DNA of 64,000 nucleotides from Negaprion brevirostris (Eukaryota), in the NCBI GenBank assembly GCA_030324005.1, contig JARDVH010000084.1, positions 91,356,867 to 91,420,866 of the forward strand. The letters run 5' to 3'. The notes beneath the pieces were generated by a model, which was given only the letters and a program-made list of their open reading frames with translations, did not search any database and was not told where the DNA came from. A program made the position numbers and the translations under genes. Positions 25,984 through 37,290 of this stretch are shown one piece after another (position 1 is the first letter of the stretch; the number at the start of each line of letters is the position of its first letter).

Positions 25984-26317
25984 CTGGACAATGAAGGGTA
26001 TACTCTGTCTGCCATTTCCCATGTTTGTCTTCTGAGGTGGTCGGTGCGGTTTTTCACTGTGGTGCATCGGAACTGTCGACCGATCAGTCGAGTACCATAT
26101 TCTGTTCTTAAGAGGGCATGTTTCAGCATCTGGAGGTGTCTGTTGCAATCCTCCTCATCTGGGCATTGTGAACACGACTTGCACTCACCTGATGTAGGAG
26201 CAGCGCTCCGAAAGCTTGTAACTTGTGGTACCAAATAAACCTGTTTGACTTGAACCTGGTGTTGTGAGACTTCTTTCTGTGCTTACCCCAGTCCAACGCC
26301 GGCATCACCACATCATG
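25984..26317. mobile_element. Penelope family A: inverted ORF fragment (-) fused to 3' tail (+)
   Basis: Minus PDEEDCNRHLQMLKHALLRTEYGTRLI matches 19500-19580; the plus tail matches 20490-20616. Confidence 0.9.
26184..26220 (+). ncRNA. Minimal hammerhead ribozyme motif with one core substitution
   Basis: tcac CTGATGT a ggagc agc gctcc GAAA gcttgta; perfect 5-bp stem II. Confidence 0.65.
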
Positions 26318-26837
26318 CCAATTATTTCTGACAGGGAGCTCAAGTGGCAAATGTCATGGAAATTCTATCCTAGTTCCTAGGTCGAGCTGGCATTTATGCA
26401 AGATCTCCTTTTCTATCTGTAGGGTAACGAATAATGCATACAGGACATAAAGTTGCATGAACACTTCCACATCACTTAAGGCAGCCTGGCAAGTGAAAAC
26501 TTAAAGTCTTAAGGATATATTTGAGAAAATAATTTCGTCGTACCTGCCTTTACTTTGCCCTTCAGGTCTGCAAATGAACATATTACATTAGACTGATTAT
26601 GTCCTTTATTAAAGTTTCAATGAAATAATGGCATGCGACTATGCGCAATGTTCTATTGCGATTCAACACCTTGTTTTTATCCCTACGGAATAATTTTTTT
26701 CTATTAACTGCAACAGAAAACCAAGACAAAAATCTACCACAGGTTGTAGATTCTATATATTAAATCACTGTATCTTATTAATATATCCGTCCAACCTGCA
26801 GTAAGTCGCCGTCGTTTGTTAGCGACGAGAGATATCA

Positions 26838-26886
26838 CAGAGAGGGAGAGAGAGAGAGAGACAGAGAGAGGGAGGGAGGGAAGGAG
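26838..26886. repeat. (GA)n microsatellite
   Basis: gagagggagagagagagagagacagagagagggagggaggg. Confidence 0.9.
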
Positions 26887-27619
26887 ATGGGTAGATCCCG
26901 AGGCAACCACTCCTTATCAAGCGTTGACAGAAGGGAAGCAAGAAGCCTCCAAGCTTGAACCGTCGTGGTTGGCGTTTATTTTCACCAGTCTAGCCAAGTG
27001 AGGTGATTGATAACAAATAGCAGCACACTGACTACCTTGACAGCAAAACCCTACATCACATTTTGGAGCGGAGTTACCAATAAATTAAGAATATTGATAA
27101 CGATGAGAAGACAGTTACGATAAGGATAAATCATAAAATGTACTGACGTTAACATCTAATCATATATTGATATATCAGACATAGAATATTGTTCATTCAC
27201 GTAATGGCAGACAATGTTAACTCGTCTCTTGATTTTTTTTCTGAATCACTACACTATATTTCTCTGGGAGGACATTGCTTATATTGCTTAACAGATGCCT
27301 GTATCATAGGTAGTCATATGTTGGGGGAGCCCAAATGCAATTTTTTTCACATTGAAATGCAGTGGCTTCGCCGTTTTGCACCATTGAAATTTTATTCATG
27401 TCACATCTCAGTGATAACAAGTTTCTTCTTGTTCAGTGTGTCCCCGGTTTCCTGCTGCAGTTAGTAGAGAAAAAAACAGTAGGGATAAACACAGGACGTT
27501 GACTTTCAAGCTTTGGTGTTCCAACATTGCTACATTAGGAACACTGAACCCATGCTACATAGACATCAACGTGTGTCACAAGAGACATAGGCAGCCTGGC
27601 TTAAAAGTCAGTGAATGCT

Positions 27620-28170
27620 AACGTACAGATCCAGCAAGCAATTGGCAAGCAAAATGGTAAGTTGACTGTTATCGCAAAAGGATTTGAGTACAGAAACAAA
27701 AATGCATTCCTGCAATTTTATAGAACGTTTGTTAGATATGAACTTGGAGTGTAGTCTACAGTTTTGGTCCATTACATAGGGAACGATACTATGTAGGACG
27801 ATGGCTCGTGCACGCTGTCTTCACCAGGCCTATTACCGGGATGGCAAGTTGCCCTGTGAGAAGTGATTGAGAAGACAGTGCCGGTATTCTGAATCAAGAG
27901 GAAGACTCTTCTGATTAACATGAGGAAGAATTTGTTAACGCAGGGGGTATTCAATCAATGGAATTCTCTACCACAGAGAGCTCTGGGCACTCTGTCATTG
28001 AACATATTCAAGATAGCGATCAATATCAATTTAGGTGTTGATGACTTCAGGCATATAGGAATAGCAAAGAAAATAATTTTGTGATAGACCATCACCCAGG
28101 ATCTAATCCAATGGCAAAACATGTTCGAGGGTTTGAATTGTTCCTGCCGTTTACATATCCATATGTTCAC
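27620..28170 (+). mobile_element. CR1 LINE 3' fragment inserted between TM3 and TM4 of copy 3
   Basis: IAKGFEYRNKNAFLQFYRTFVR..LECSLQFWS followed by CR1 3' UTR. Confidence 0.85.
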
Positions 28171-28339
28171 TATGACACTCAGCTAGACTGATGCAGATGC
28201 TTATCCAACTCTGAATCGGACGCTGTAGCGAGGTTTCTATGATTAAGGTGTAAATGCATCCCTGGGAACATCTACTCCAGCTCCAACTACTGCACGGAAT
28301 GACTCAGCGTGAAATCATTAGTTGGAGAATCCCTATATT

Positions 28340-28730
28340 TTACATTTTACAGACTCAATAATCTAACTCTGCCTCATAAACAGTGCAACTATAATAATAT
28401 TAAATTGTCCATATCTTGCTCACGCAAAGTCGCAACGTTTACCGCTTTGCCCTTCTAACCTCTACAGTCACTCGGGTCAACAAGCTTAAGAAACTCATCT
28501 CAGACCACAAAAATCGGCATTGCTGTACATTTGGCGCTACTCCGATGTCTCAATTCCATTCATGAAATAAAATACGAACACCTGAGATGACAGACATAGA
28601 GCAGGGGCATCTTCATCTTCACTTTCGAAATTTAATATTCCTCAAATCTCTAGAAAGTGACATTCAGTCTGCACGTTTATGTTCACGAAAAGCCTAAGCA
28701 GCAGAAGGTTGTACATAGAAATTTGCTGAT
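28340..28730 (+). mobile_element. Old L2 LINE 3' fragment
   Basis: Degenerate match to the L2 C-terminal ITPVL.DLHWL region and tail. Confidence 0.5.
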
Positions 28731-29999
28731 GCATTACAGTTTGTCAAGCAGAATGTTTTATAGAAAGTGAAATAAACTATTGCTTTGATTGGGATTTTGC
28801 CTTAGCGTCATGTGATTTAACGCAGCCTCATAAGATGCACAATATTTACACTGCCTATTTCCAACTTACCTTTCAGTGCCTTGAGCGTTTCAGCTGTGAG
28901 ACAGAAAACATAGATCATTAACTGACACGGAAGATGTTTTTGCAACTGAAAATAGAGGAATTAGTTCAGCTATGATTACATTCAATTATTTACTTATAGT
29001 CCTTTAATTATAGAATATTCAAGTTCTTGAATGATGATGTTGAAATTTGCCTACTGTTCGTCTTGAACATAATATAACATATTAATAATTGTTGTTTCCA
29101 AGTTTTGCATAATAAATCCATGTCATTGTTTTCGACATTATTTCAGAACCATCTTTACATTGAATCATAGCCAATATCCAGTTTGTACATCCAGAATCTA
29201 TGCGAGAAAAACTCTTTACACAGTTGGAAGCTTTGCTGACAGGGTCAGCATTATTATCTTTCTCTAAATGCCGTTGGGAAAGTCCTGACGATTTGCTTTA
29301 ATAAAAACTTATTAAATTGTTAAGGAATCATTATAATATGGTAAGCCATTAAGTATTAACAACGGATAAAACATGTGAAGGATTATTTTTATTCGTTAAG
29401 TGAAGGAGTGGGATATTATCGGTCCTGAGGAAATGTCATCGACTTGACATATAACCATTTGAGCGCCAAAGCATTTCCTGCATTTTTGTTTTTAGTTCAT
29501 TTCCACATTGACTTCCATTCCTTGCGTCGCAATAAATATAATTCCACATAACAAGAAACTGCTCATAACCATGAACATATATTCCTCAGTTACCAAGCTT
29601 TACTTGCAGTGCGTCTCTCTCTGAAAGGGAATAAAGCATACATAACACGCATTACAGGAAGTTTTAATTACGAATGCATCATTGAGTTATTGGAGAATTC
29701 TGAGCTCGAAAAGGACAAGGCGTATTTCCAAAGAGCGGAACATACCTAACAACGCTACTTGATTTTGTAATGTGATGTCGAGGAATTTAGACATGGCACC
29801 ATTAAAGCGGGCAGCAGGGAAATGAACGTTTACGTAACTGTAAGCAGATTTTTCATATGAAATCTCATTACGAGTCAAATTATGACTGATGACCAAAAAC
29901 CATAGAGTGTGATGATAGGGACAAAATTCATCGTAATATAGATCGACACAGTAGTAACGTAAATAACAAGCGACAGAAGAATTTAAGTAGCGTGATCAA

Positions 30000-30112
30000 G
30001 TCAACGGGGAGAACGTGAACACTCCACACAGACAGCAAACCAAGGCTGGAATCAAAACAATTTCCTTGGCGCTGTGAGACAGTCCTGCTCATCACAGTGC
30101 GATCTTGTCACT
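30000..30112 (-). mobile_element. HE1-type SINE head
   Basis: ggggagaacgtgaacactccacacagacag..ggcgctgtgagacag. Confidence 0.8.
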
Positions 30113-30859
30113 GCTACGGGTAAGAATTGGTCAAATAGATCAAAACGTCAGGTGGAACTTTATTACTACACTGCGAAACTCTTGGCTTGGAGTTTAAAGT
30201 AAATATGGAAACGACGAGAAATATCAACATTTACTTTGCTGGAAGGCCAGTTTCAATGGTTTCAGAACAGATCTCTGCAGGATGTGCTGTAATCAAAGAC
30301 TGACAGGCAGAACTGTAATCCAGCAGTATATTGTCTTTAGAATCAAATGGTTTTGAAATGGTAATAGTGCAGAAGACCGCCAGTCAGTACTTTTTCTTCC
30401 TATGATATAATGTTTTCGATTGGATGATATGGACCAATTCTCAGTAACTAAGAGAAATGTAATTTAGTTAATTAAGTCAGAACAGACTTATTAAAGGAAA
30501 ATCGTGTCTTACTAACTTGATTGTATTGTCCAGAAAAGTTGCACCTCAAAAACAGAGAATGGAGTACGCCTCTGCTGTTCGACAGAGAGAGGAAACAGGA
30601 TGGTGGATCACTACCCTTTTTCATATTGGAGGAAGCAATGTAGGGGTGTTCTTTAGGAGTTGCTTCCAGGACCACTGTCTGTTTCTTAGTTTTCTCATAG
30701 ACTTGAGCATATAGCGAAAAATGTAAGCACGTGCAGGTGACACAATAGCCGTTTATGTTATGAACTGCGGTGAAGGGAGCGATGGGCTTCTACAGGATGT
30801 GGGCGGACTTGAAGAAACACAGAACACCGATGCAAAGTCAATAACTATGTAATCAAAAT

Positions 30860-31125
30860 AGATAGGAGGAAAATCCTTTCTTTACGTTGGAATTTTTAAA
30901 AATACGGAATGCATTATCTGAAAATATGGCAGAGAAGGTCTCAATCATCTCTTCCAAAAGGTATTTTATCATCATCCAAAGGAATAAAATAAAACCCGCA
31001 GGACTACATGATAGGGGCTGGGGAGAGGGAATTGCTCAGTTGCTCTGGTAGAGAAAGAGCACTAAAATGACAGTTTAAACCATCTCCATCTGCATTGTAA
31101 TCACTGTTGATGAACCTGTGATTCC
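30860..31125 (+). mobile_element. Old CR1 3' fragment
   Basis: aggagaaaatcctttctttacgttggaattt..catctccatctgcattgtaa. Confidence 0.6.
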
Positions 31126-31789
31126 ATATTTATTAATAACTACATAATGCAAGGAATATTTGTATTCTCGAGTCTACAAAAGACACAAATCTTTGAGGTA
31201 TATATTGAGTTAAAGGTTACTTTAAAATGCTTGAATGTAGCCAGCATTTTAGGGATCAGAATCATACATTTTGAAATGTTATTCGCAGATCTTTACTTTC
31301 TGTACAAACTTCAGATTTCAAGCGAGCTCGCCTGGTACAAACCACAATGTTTTCGCGGTTCTAGTGTGACAGATTCACACCACGTTAGTGCTCCATGTAA
31401 TTTCAAAAGAGGAGCATTTGAATAAACGAAGAGCTAAAAATAGCTACGTTTTAACCAGTGTCTACGCCTTCTTCATTGGAGCCTAACATAATAATAATGG
31501 TATTGATACTTAGCGGGCAACTATGGTTCCTCTCATTCCCGAAAGAATACGCAATTAGCCACGCTACTTATGTAACAAGAGTAAACGGTTCATCAAGCAT
31601 ATCAGATATTCTATTCGTCTGTAGAAAATTAATCAACTGATTTCTACTAAACAATGCACTTTTAGTTACATTGCCGATTGCTGTTTCCATAGAAGACAAT
31701 GGAAAATAACATTTAGTTGACGTTAGGAGAGGCGGCAGATACGACACATCAGCTGATGAATACTGAGAAACACGTGATTTAATAGTCCC

Positions 31790-32810
31790 ATTTAATGTGT
31801 CAGGCCGCGGAAAAGTTAAGTGTCTAAAGTAAGTGGATTTGATTTGGGAGGTGGGGAAGTGGACATCATAGAGTTGGGTGTCGGACATTAGGGGATTGCT
31901 GGAGTGGAAGTTGGTGCTTGGACATCAGGCAGGGAGACGGACAGCGGCAGGTTGGCCCACCAAACTGGGTGTGGAGTCAAAGAGTGGCGCATCGGAAATG
32001 GGGAATGGATTCGTGTGTACGAATATCAGGGGGATTGTGTGTTTTACCTCGCGTGCTCAGACATCGGGACACATCGGATATTAAGAGGTTCGTGTTCGGA
32101 CATCAAACAAGTGAATGGAGGAGTGGCAGATATCTCAAGTTGGGTTGTGTTAGACGCTGGGGGTGAATGAGGTGTCGAAAATCCTGGGCGGTGGGTTTGA
32201 GATAGTGTCCTGTTTTGAGGGAGTAGGGTTTTGGTCAGTTGGATGATTAATTGGTTTGGTCAAAGGCAACGGGGACAGTCAGTTCGGGACAGAATGTTGG
32301 AACGGGGTCCTTCCATGTGTGGTTGCGCCAGGTTGGTTGTGGAGGTATGTAGTCAGTACAGTCGGGGGTGCGGCGGTGTGATGCGTTCCAGTAGGTTCGT
32401 GTCCGGTCCTGAGTCAGATCGAGGATGTTTTGGGTACATTCATTCCATTGGCGTTTAGAGATGGGGAACAAACTGCGGGTGGAAGTTTGGTGTCGGTATG
32501 ATTCAGAGGCAGCAAGGATGTCGGCTTTGGGATCGAGAGAGCTGGCTGGCACTGGTCGCTGTGTTAAAAATATTTACACTGAAGTCAGAAGTCGTTTTAT
32601 ATTCTCTAGTTTTTTCAGCTTATCCCGTAGAATAACAATGGCAGAACCATGTGAAGCTAGTCATTTTAACGGCTTTGTTTTTGGTTCCCAGCGCACAACA
32701 TTCGTCCAAGTGATGTTGGATTACTGTAGCGTATACTCCTACCTGTGAACTTCCGAAAAAGTTCACTTAGTGCACCTTTAGCGTGCCACCCAAAAATGAC
32801 ACGGGTGNNN
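31790..32810. mobile_element. G-rich insertion with degenerate internal (tc)ggacatc repeats
   Basis: ggacat motif at ~31861, 31883, 31920, 32098 plus variants; strong G skew; splits the HRM domain of copy 4. Confidence 0.5.
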
Positions 32811-33741
32811 NNNNNNNNNNNNNNNNNNNNNNNNNNNNNNNNNNNNNNNNNNNNNNNNNNNNNNTTACATCGTTACATCGTTTCGTCAAGTTTGGAGTAT
32901 GGTCATTTGCTGCATTAGAATATCCATTTAGCATGTTAGGAACTGATTAACCTTGTGTCACTCCTTCAAGTGAGGTTGCTGCTGAGAGAAATATAATGTT
33001 TAAAACAAAAATCATGAATTAGTATATTTTAACATAATGATTGCATTTGCAGGCACAAGATGAGTCACAAATCATTGGTTGCAATGGTAGGTTATGGAAA
33101 AATACACGGATAAGTGGTTCACTGTCCTGCCCAGTTGACATCTCCAAGTTGAAGATTTGACATTGACCCAATTTCAGAAATATTTAGACAAGAATAGGAA
33201 GTGTTGGATATTCATTACATCAACATTTTCCGTTAAGAAACTGAATACAGCTTCAGCAATTGTTTGTTTTAAATACTAAAATACAACATATTTGTGAGCA
33301 ACGTTGGAAAAGCAGCGAGCAAATGGGAATACAAGCAACTATAAAGAAAAGTACCGAATCAAAGAGAGTGAGTGAATGAGAATTCTCCGTAATACATAGC
33401 TGCCAAAATATTTCAAGTTTATTGAAAAAAATAATCATCATTAGCACGAAAGACTACTAAAATTGGTAGCTTGTGAAAATGAGAAGATGGGGCGCATTTG
33501 CGAAGAAACACTTGGAAAAGAGCCTAGAATTACGACTTGGGCCTGATGTGCGTAATGTGTAATATCGGCTGACGAAGCCGGAGTTATGTTTTATTGACTT
33601 AAACTAAAGGAGCTTTACTACAGGTGAGACTGCATCTGAGTTCTGCTCTCCTCAGTCAAGGAAGGATACGATTAACTTCGGAGAACATTCTATTGATGAC
33701 TGAAATGAGATTATTTCATTCCTATGGTGGGATTATTTCAT

Positions 33742-34025
33742 AGAATCATAAAGTCTATAGCGTAGAAGGAGGCTACTTCGTACATCGAACCTGCACCATC
33801 AATAATCTCACCTAGGTCCCATCCCTGCATCCCTATACATATTTACCCTCCTAATCCCGTGACGCTAAGGGGCAATTTAGCATGGCCAATCGACCAAATC
33901 CGCACATGTTTGGACTGTGGGAAAAAACAGGAGCACCCGGAGGAAGCCCTCGCAGACAGGGGAGGCTGTTCAAATCCGCACAGTTCACCCGAGGCCGGAA
34001 CAGTGGTTAGCAACAGTGCCGCCCA
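33742..34025 (-). mobile_element. HE1-type SINE with CR1-like tail
   Basis: agaatcataaagtctatagcgtagaaggaggc..ggggcaatttagcatggccaat..ggagcacccggaggaa. Confidence 0.9.
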
Positions 34026-34504
34026 TGAGAGAACGCTGGAAAAGTTGTGCAAATATCCATTCGTGCTCAGAGATGTTAGTGGTGACCTTACTGAAAAGAT
34101 ACATATTCTGAGACGAATTGACAGAAGCCAAAACTAAGACTCATTGTTCAAAAATAGGGGGTCTTGCATTTAATGTGAGGATGAGGAAAATTCTCTNNNN
34201 NNNNNNNNNNNNNNNNNNNNNNNNNNNNNNNNNNNNNNNNNNNNNNNNNNNNNNNNNNNNNNNNNNNNNNNNNNNNNNNNNNNNNNNNNNNNNNNNTTGT
34301 TCAAAAATAGGGGGTCTTGCATTTAATGTGAGGATGAGGAAAATTCTCTGTATCTTTCTCTGAGTGTGGAGTTGGCTTCCTTGGACAGCAATGTAGCCAG
34401 TCATCTTGGACGATGGTGGATCAACCCACTATTGTACATTAACATCCTGGACCATATTTAATCTCAGTTGGGTGAAAAATATCACTCAGTAGACATGTAA
34501 ATAG

Positions 34505-35352
34505 GATTTATTCGGGCGTCGCTGGTTAGACCAGCATTTATTGCCCATCGCAAATTTTCTTTGAGAAGGCAGCGTTGAGATACTTTCTTAAAACTGCCAG
34601 GCCATATCGTAGAGAACACCAATAATGCAGACAGTAAGGCAATTCCGGGATTTGTACGTAGAGGCAGTGGAGGAATGGCGATAACGAATTCATGTATACA
34701 TTGGGCATATGTTGATGCGAGGTTGTCCGTCCATGTTTAGTTGTAGCAATTTGATGCGACGGATGTGTTCAGTTAATTCGGGTAACAGTTAAGAGTCAAA
34801 TTCACCGCTCTGCGTCTGGGAGTCACAAGTAGGGCAGACTGGACCTAGTTGGATGGCATGTTTGCCTCCTTGAATGTTGTTACTGGGCCATATGGGATTT
34901 TAGAACAACCGACAATTGTTTCTAAAGTTTTTAAAGCGAATTTATTCGTGTCGAAAGTACGCTTATATAGCGTTGCAACGAAGATACTTTGAAAATCCCC
35001 TAGCCGCCGTGCTCTTTTGGGTACACTAAGGGAGAATTTAGCCTTGCCAATACATTTAACTAGCATGCTTTTCGAACTGTGGGAGGAAACTGGAGCACTT
35101 GGAAGAATCCCACACAGACATGGGAAGAACTTGCAGGCTCCGTGGCTTAAGCTGGGAATTGGTCCAGGGTCTCTAGTTGTGTGAGGCAGCAGTGCTAACC
35201 ACTGAGCCACCATGCCACCAAGGTCATGCCGCCAGTTCCACCAGGATTATTAATTCAATTCAAATTCCACTGTACAATTTGCACGCGTTTTCCCCAATGG
35301 TATCTCCAATATTACTATTCCAGTGACATTATCATACGCTACCGCCTCCCCT
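34505..35352 (-). mobile_element. LINE tail/tRNA-SINE (14686 family) with nested younger SINE at ~34925-35218
   Basis: gggcgtcgctggttagaccagcatttattgcccat tail; head cgctaccgcctcccc at ~35340; nested gtgaggcagcagtgctaaccactgagccaccatgcc. Confidence 0.8.
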
Positions 35353-36815
35353 TACCCCCTGAGCCCGGAACTGTGATTTTAATGCAAATAAAATGGTTAA
35401 ATAGAACATTGCACGTATGTTGCATAATATTCCTATCATATACCGCTAGTTTGAGCCATTGCCAGAATTTGAATTCATGAGCCAAGGATCTTGTTTTCAT
35501 CTTCTTACCAGGAGCCTTTTCTCCTGTTGATTCTGCAGAGAAATGCAGATAAACTTTTTTAAGTTACATTTTTAGGAGGCCTGGACCTAACTGAATAGCA
35601 CAAATTCCACCCACCGACATTGACTTGTATATACAAAAGACTGATTGCGTTTGGTAGTCTTTCATTTATGCGACGTAATGACAGTGGATGAATTTATTAC
35701 AGTGCATTTCATCATGGCAAATTAACTTTAAAGTTATCCACCAGTCACAAATCAGCTTATATTCATACTGCAATGAAGTTACTGTGAAAGATCGCTAGTC
35801 GCTCCACTTCGGCGCGTGTTCGGGTATACAAAAGTAGAATTTAGCATGGCCAATCCACCTAACCAGCACATGTTTGGACTGTGGGAAGAAACCAGAGCAC
35901 CCGGAGGAAACTCACGCAGAAAAGGGGAGAATGCACAAATTCCACACAGACAGTGACCCAAGCCGGGAATTGAAGCCAGTTCTTTGGCACTGTGAGGCAG
36001 CAGTGCTAACCACTGAGCCACCTCGCCAGCTTTACAAATTGGCAGTCTATATTCGAAAATGTTGACTATTTAGTTATGACTGCTGATTACCGAATTCAGA
36101 ATGATATATCGGTCAGCTGAGACGACTGTTTGGCATTCATCGTCCATTAGCGGGAATAACGAGGTGAGCATCAGCAAAGAGACCAATGAGTTAACACGGA
36201 GCCCAAACCAAATTCAAGGTAATAGAATTGCCACAAGGCCACCGCCTTCCCTTAGCACCTGAACCTCGGGCTGTGATTTTAATGCAACTAAACTGATTAC
36301 ACAGAACACCACAAGCGTACCTCGTAATTCCCAGTCATAAGCCGCCAGTTTTGGTCAAATACAAAAATTTCAATACATCAACCAATACCAGAAATATTTT
36401 TTCTTCCACATACCATCAGTCTCTAGTCCTGTTGTGGCTGCAAAGAAAAGGGCGCACTATTTTCAGTTGAACTTTTGGGACGCGTGGAAATAAATCATCA
36501 CCACAAATTCCACCCACCGAGCTTGACAGGTATGAAAAACTGGATCTTTCATTCGCACGACGTAATGGTAGCTGATGAATCTATCGCAGAGCATTTCAGT
36601 TTAATCACTGCAAATTAACTTTTAGCTTGGTTACCTATATTCGACAATGTTGACGATTCGGTTGTGACTGCTGGCTACTGAATTCCGAACGATATATTGG
36701 CCAGCCGGAATTAATGTAGCATTTGGCATTTCCTCATCCATTAGGGGAACAGCGAGTGGAGAAATAGCAAAGAGACATGTGAGCTAACACAGCGCCCAAA
36801 TAGAATTGAAATGAA
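35335..36815 (+). repeat. Old tandem duplication of a ~590-bp unit (35335-36220 including a SINE; 36236-36815)
   Basis: Colinear shared blocks: ctgtgattttaatgcaa, cacaaattccacccaccga, cgacgtaatg, gcaaattaacttt, ctatattcga.aatgttgac, tccattag, agcaaagagac. Confidence 0.92.
35731..36029 (-). mobile_element. HE1-head SINE inserted in only the first duplicate unit
   Basis: ctgcaatgaagttactgtgaa tail, gtgaggcagcagtgctaaccactg head; flanked by cttta on both sides; absent from unit 2. Confidence 0.92.
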
Positions 36816-37114
36816 TAAAGTCGGAAGAGGCATATGACAGAGGACTGGCCCAGAATCTTTTACATTTTGATATGCAATGGAAATATGACATAACGTATGA
36901 ATGTTCACGGAATTCGATGTTTCGTGAGGTTCAATCGCAATAAAAAGCGTAATTGCCAATTGTCCGTTGAATGGCTCGGTAACTCGATAATCCCATTAAC
37001 CCTCTCAAGGTGCATAACAGGAAGCATTTTGAGTTTTATTTGAATAAAGAAACAAAAAAAATCGCATGCTTGAGCGCTAAATGTAAAATGAGCATTAATA
37101 AATGTAAGAAATTC

Positions 37115-37290
37115 TACATGACCTCTAGGTCATTGAGAGTCTTCAAGACAGAGATAGATAGGTTCTTGATTAATAAGAGGATCAGGGGTTATGGGGAAAA
37201 AGCAGTAGAATGGGGTTGAGAAAAATATCAGCTATGATTGAATGGCCAAGTGGCATAATCCTCCTCCTATGTCTTATGGTCTTATGGTTT
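37115..37290 (+). mobile_element. CR1 3' end
   Basis: RSLRVFKTEIDRFLINKRIRGYGEK; tail cttatggtcttatgg. Confidence 0.9.

Larger units (their letters stand above)
22150..29962 (+). pseudogene. ADGRA3-like: ADGRA2/3-like adhesion GPCR pseudogene, copy 3 (near full length, split by TEs)
   Basis: KISYMKSAKYIGL (~22325; KISELKNGSFSGL), PSMIMAVVYFQG..PFS* (23918; PSHRQVVFEGDSLPFQC), YCP..FSW (24943; YCP..FRW), HITLD..GMRLCAMF (~26580; NIALE..GMTCTVF), RHRILFIHVM..ESLH (~27178, GPS/Stachel), GVPTLLH* (~27515, TM3), YCFDWDFAL..YFQLTFQCLERF (28778; YCWMAWEPSL..YFLSIFIQLKRH), QLFTYSPLIIEYSSS*M (28983; QLLGASLTLLLYVALWM), FSTLFQNH (~29128, TM7). Confidence 0.9.

Noticed and set aside
27189-27464. 91-aa ORF as an intact small membrane protein
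   Set aside because: It is the Stachel-TM2 piece of pseudogene copy 3, followed by stops and a frameshift.
34144-34349. Identical ~53-bp direct repeat flanking a 100-N gap
   Set aside because: Typical unmerged contig overlap inside a CR1 fragment, not a biological repeat.
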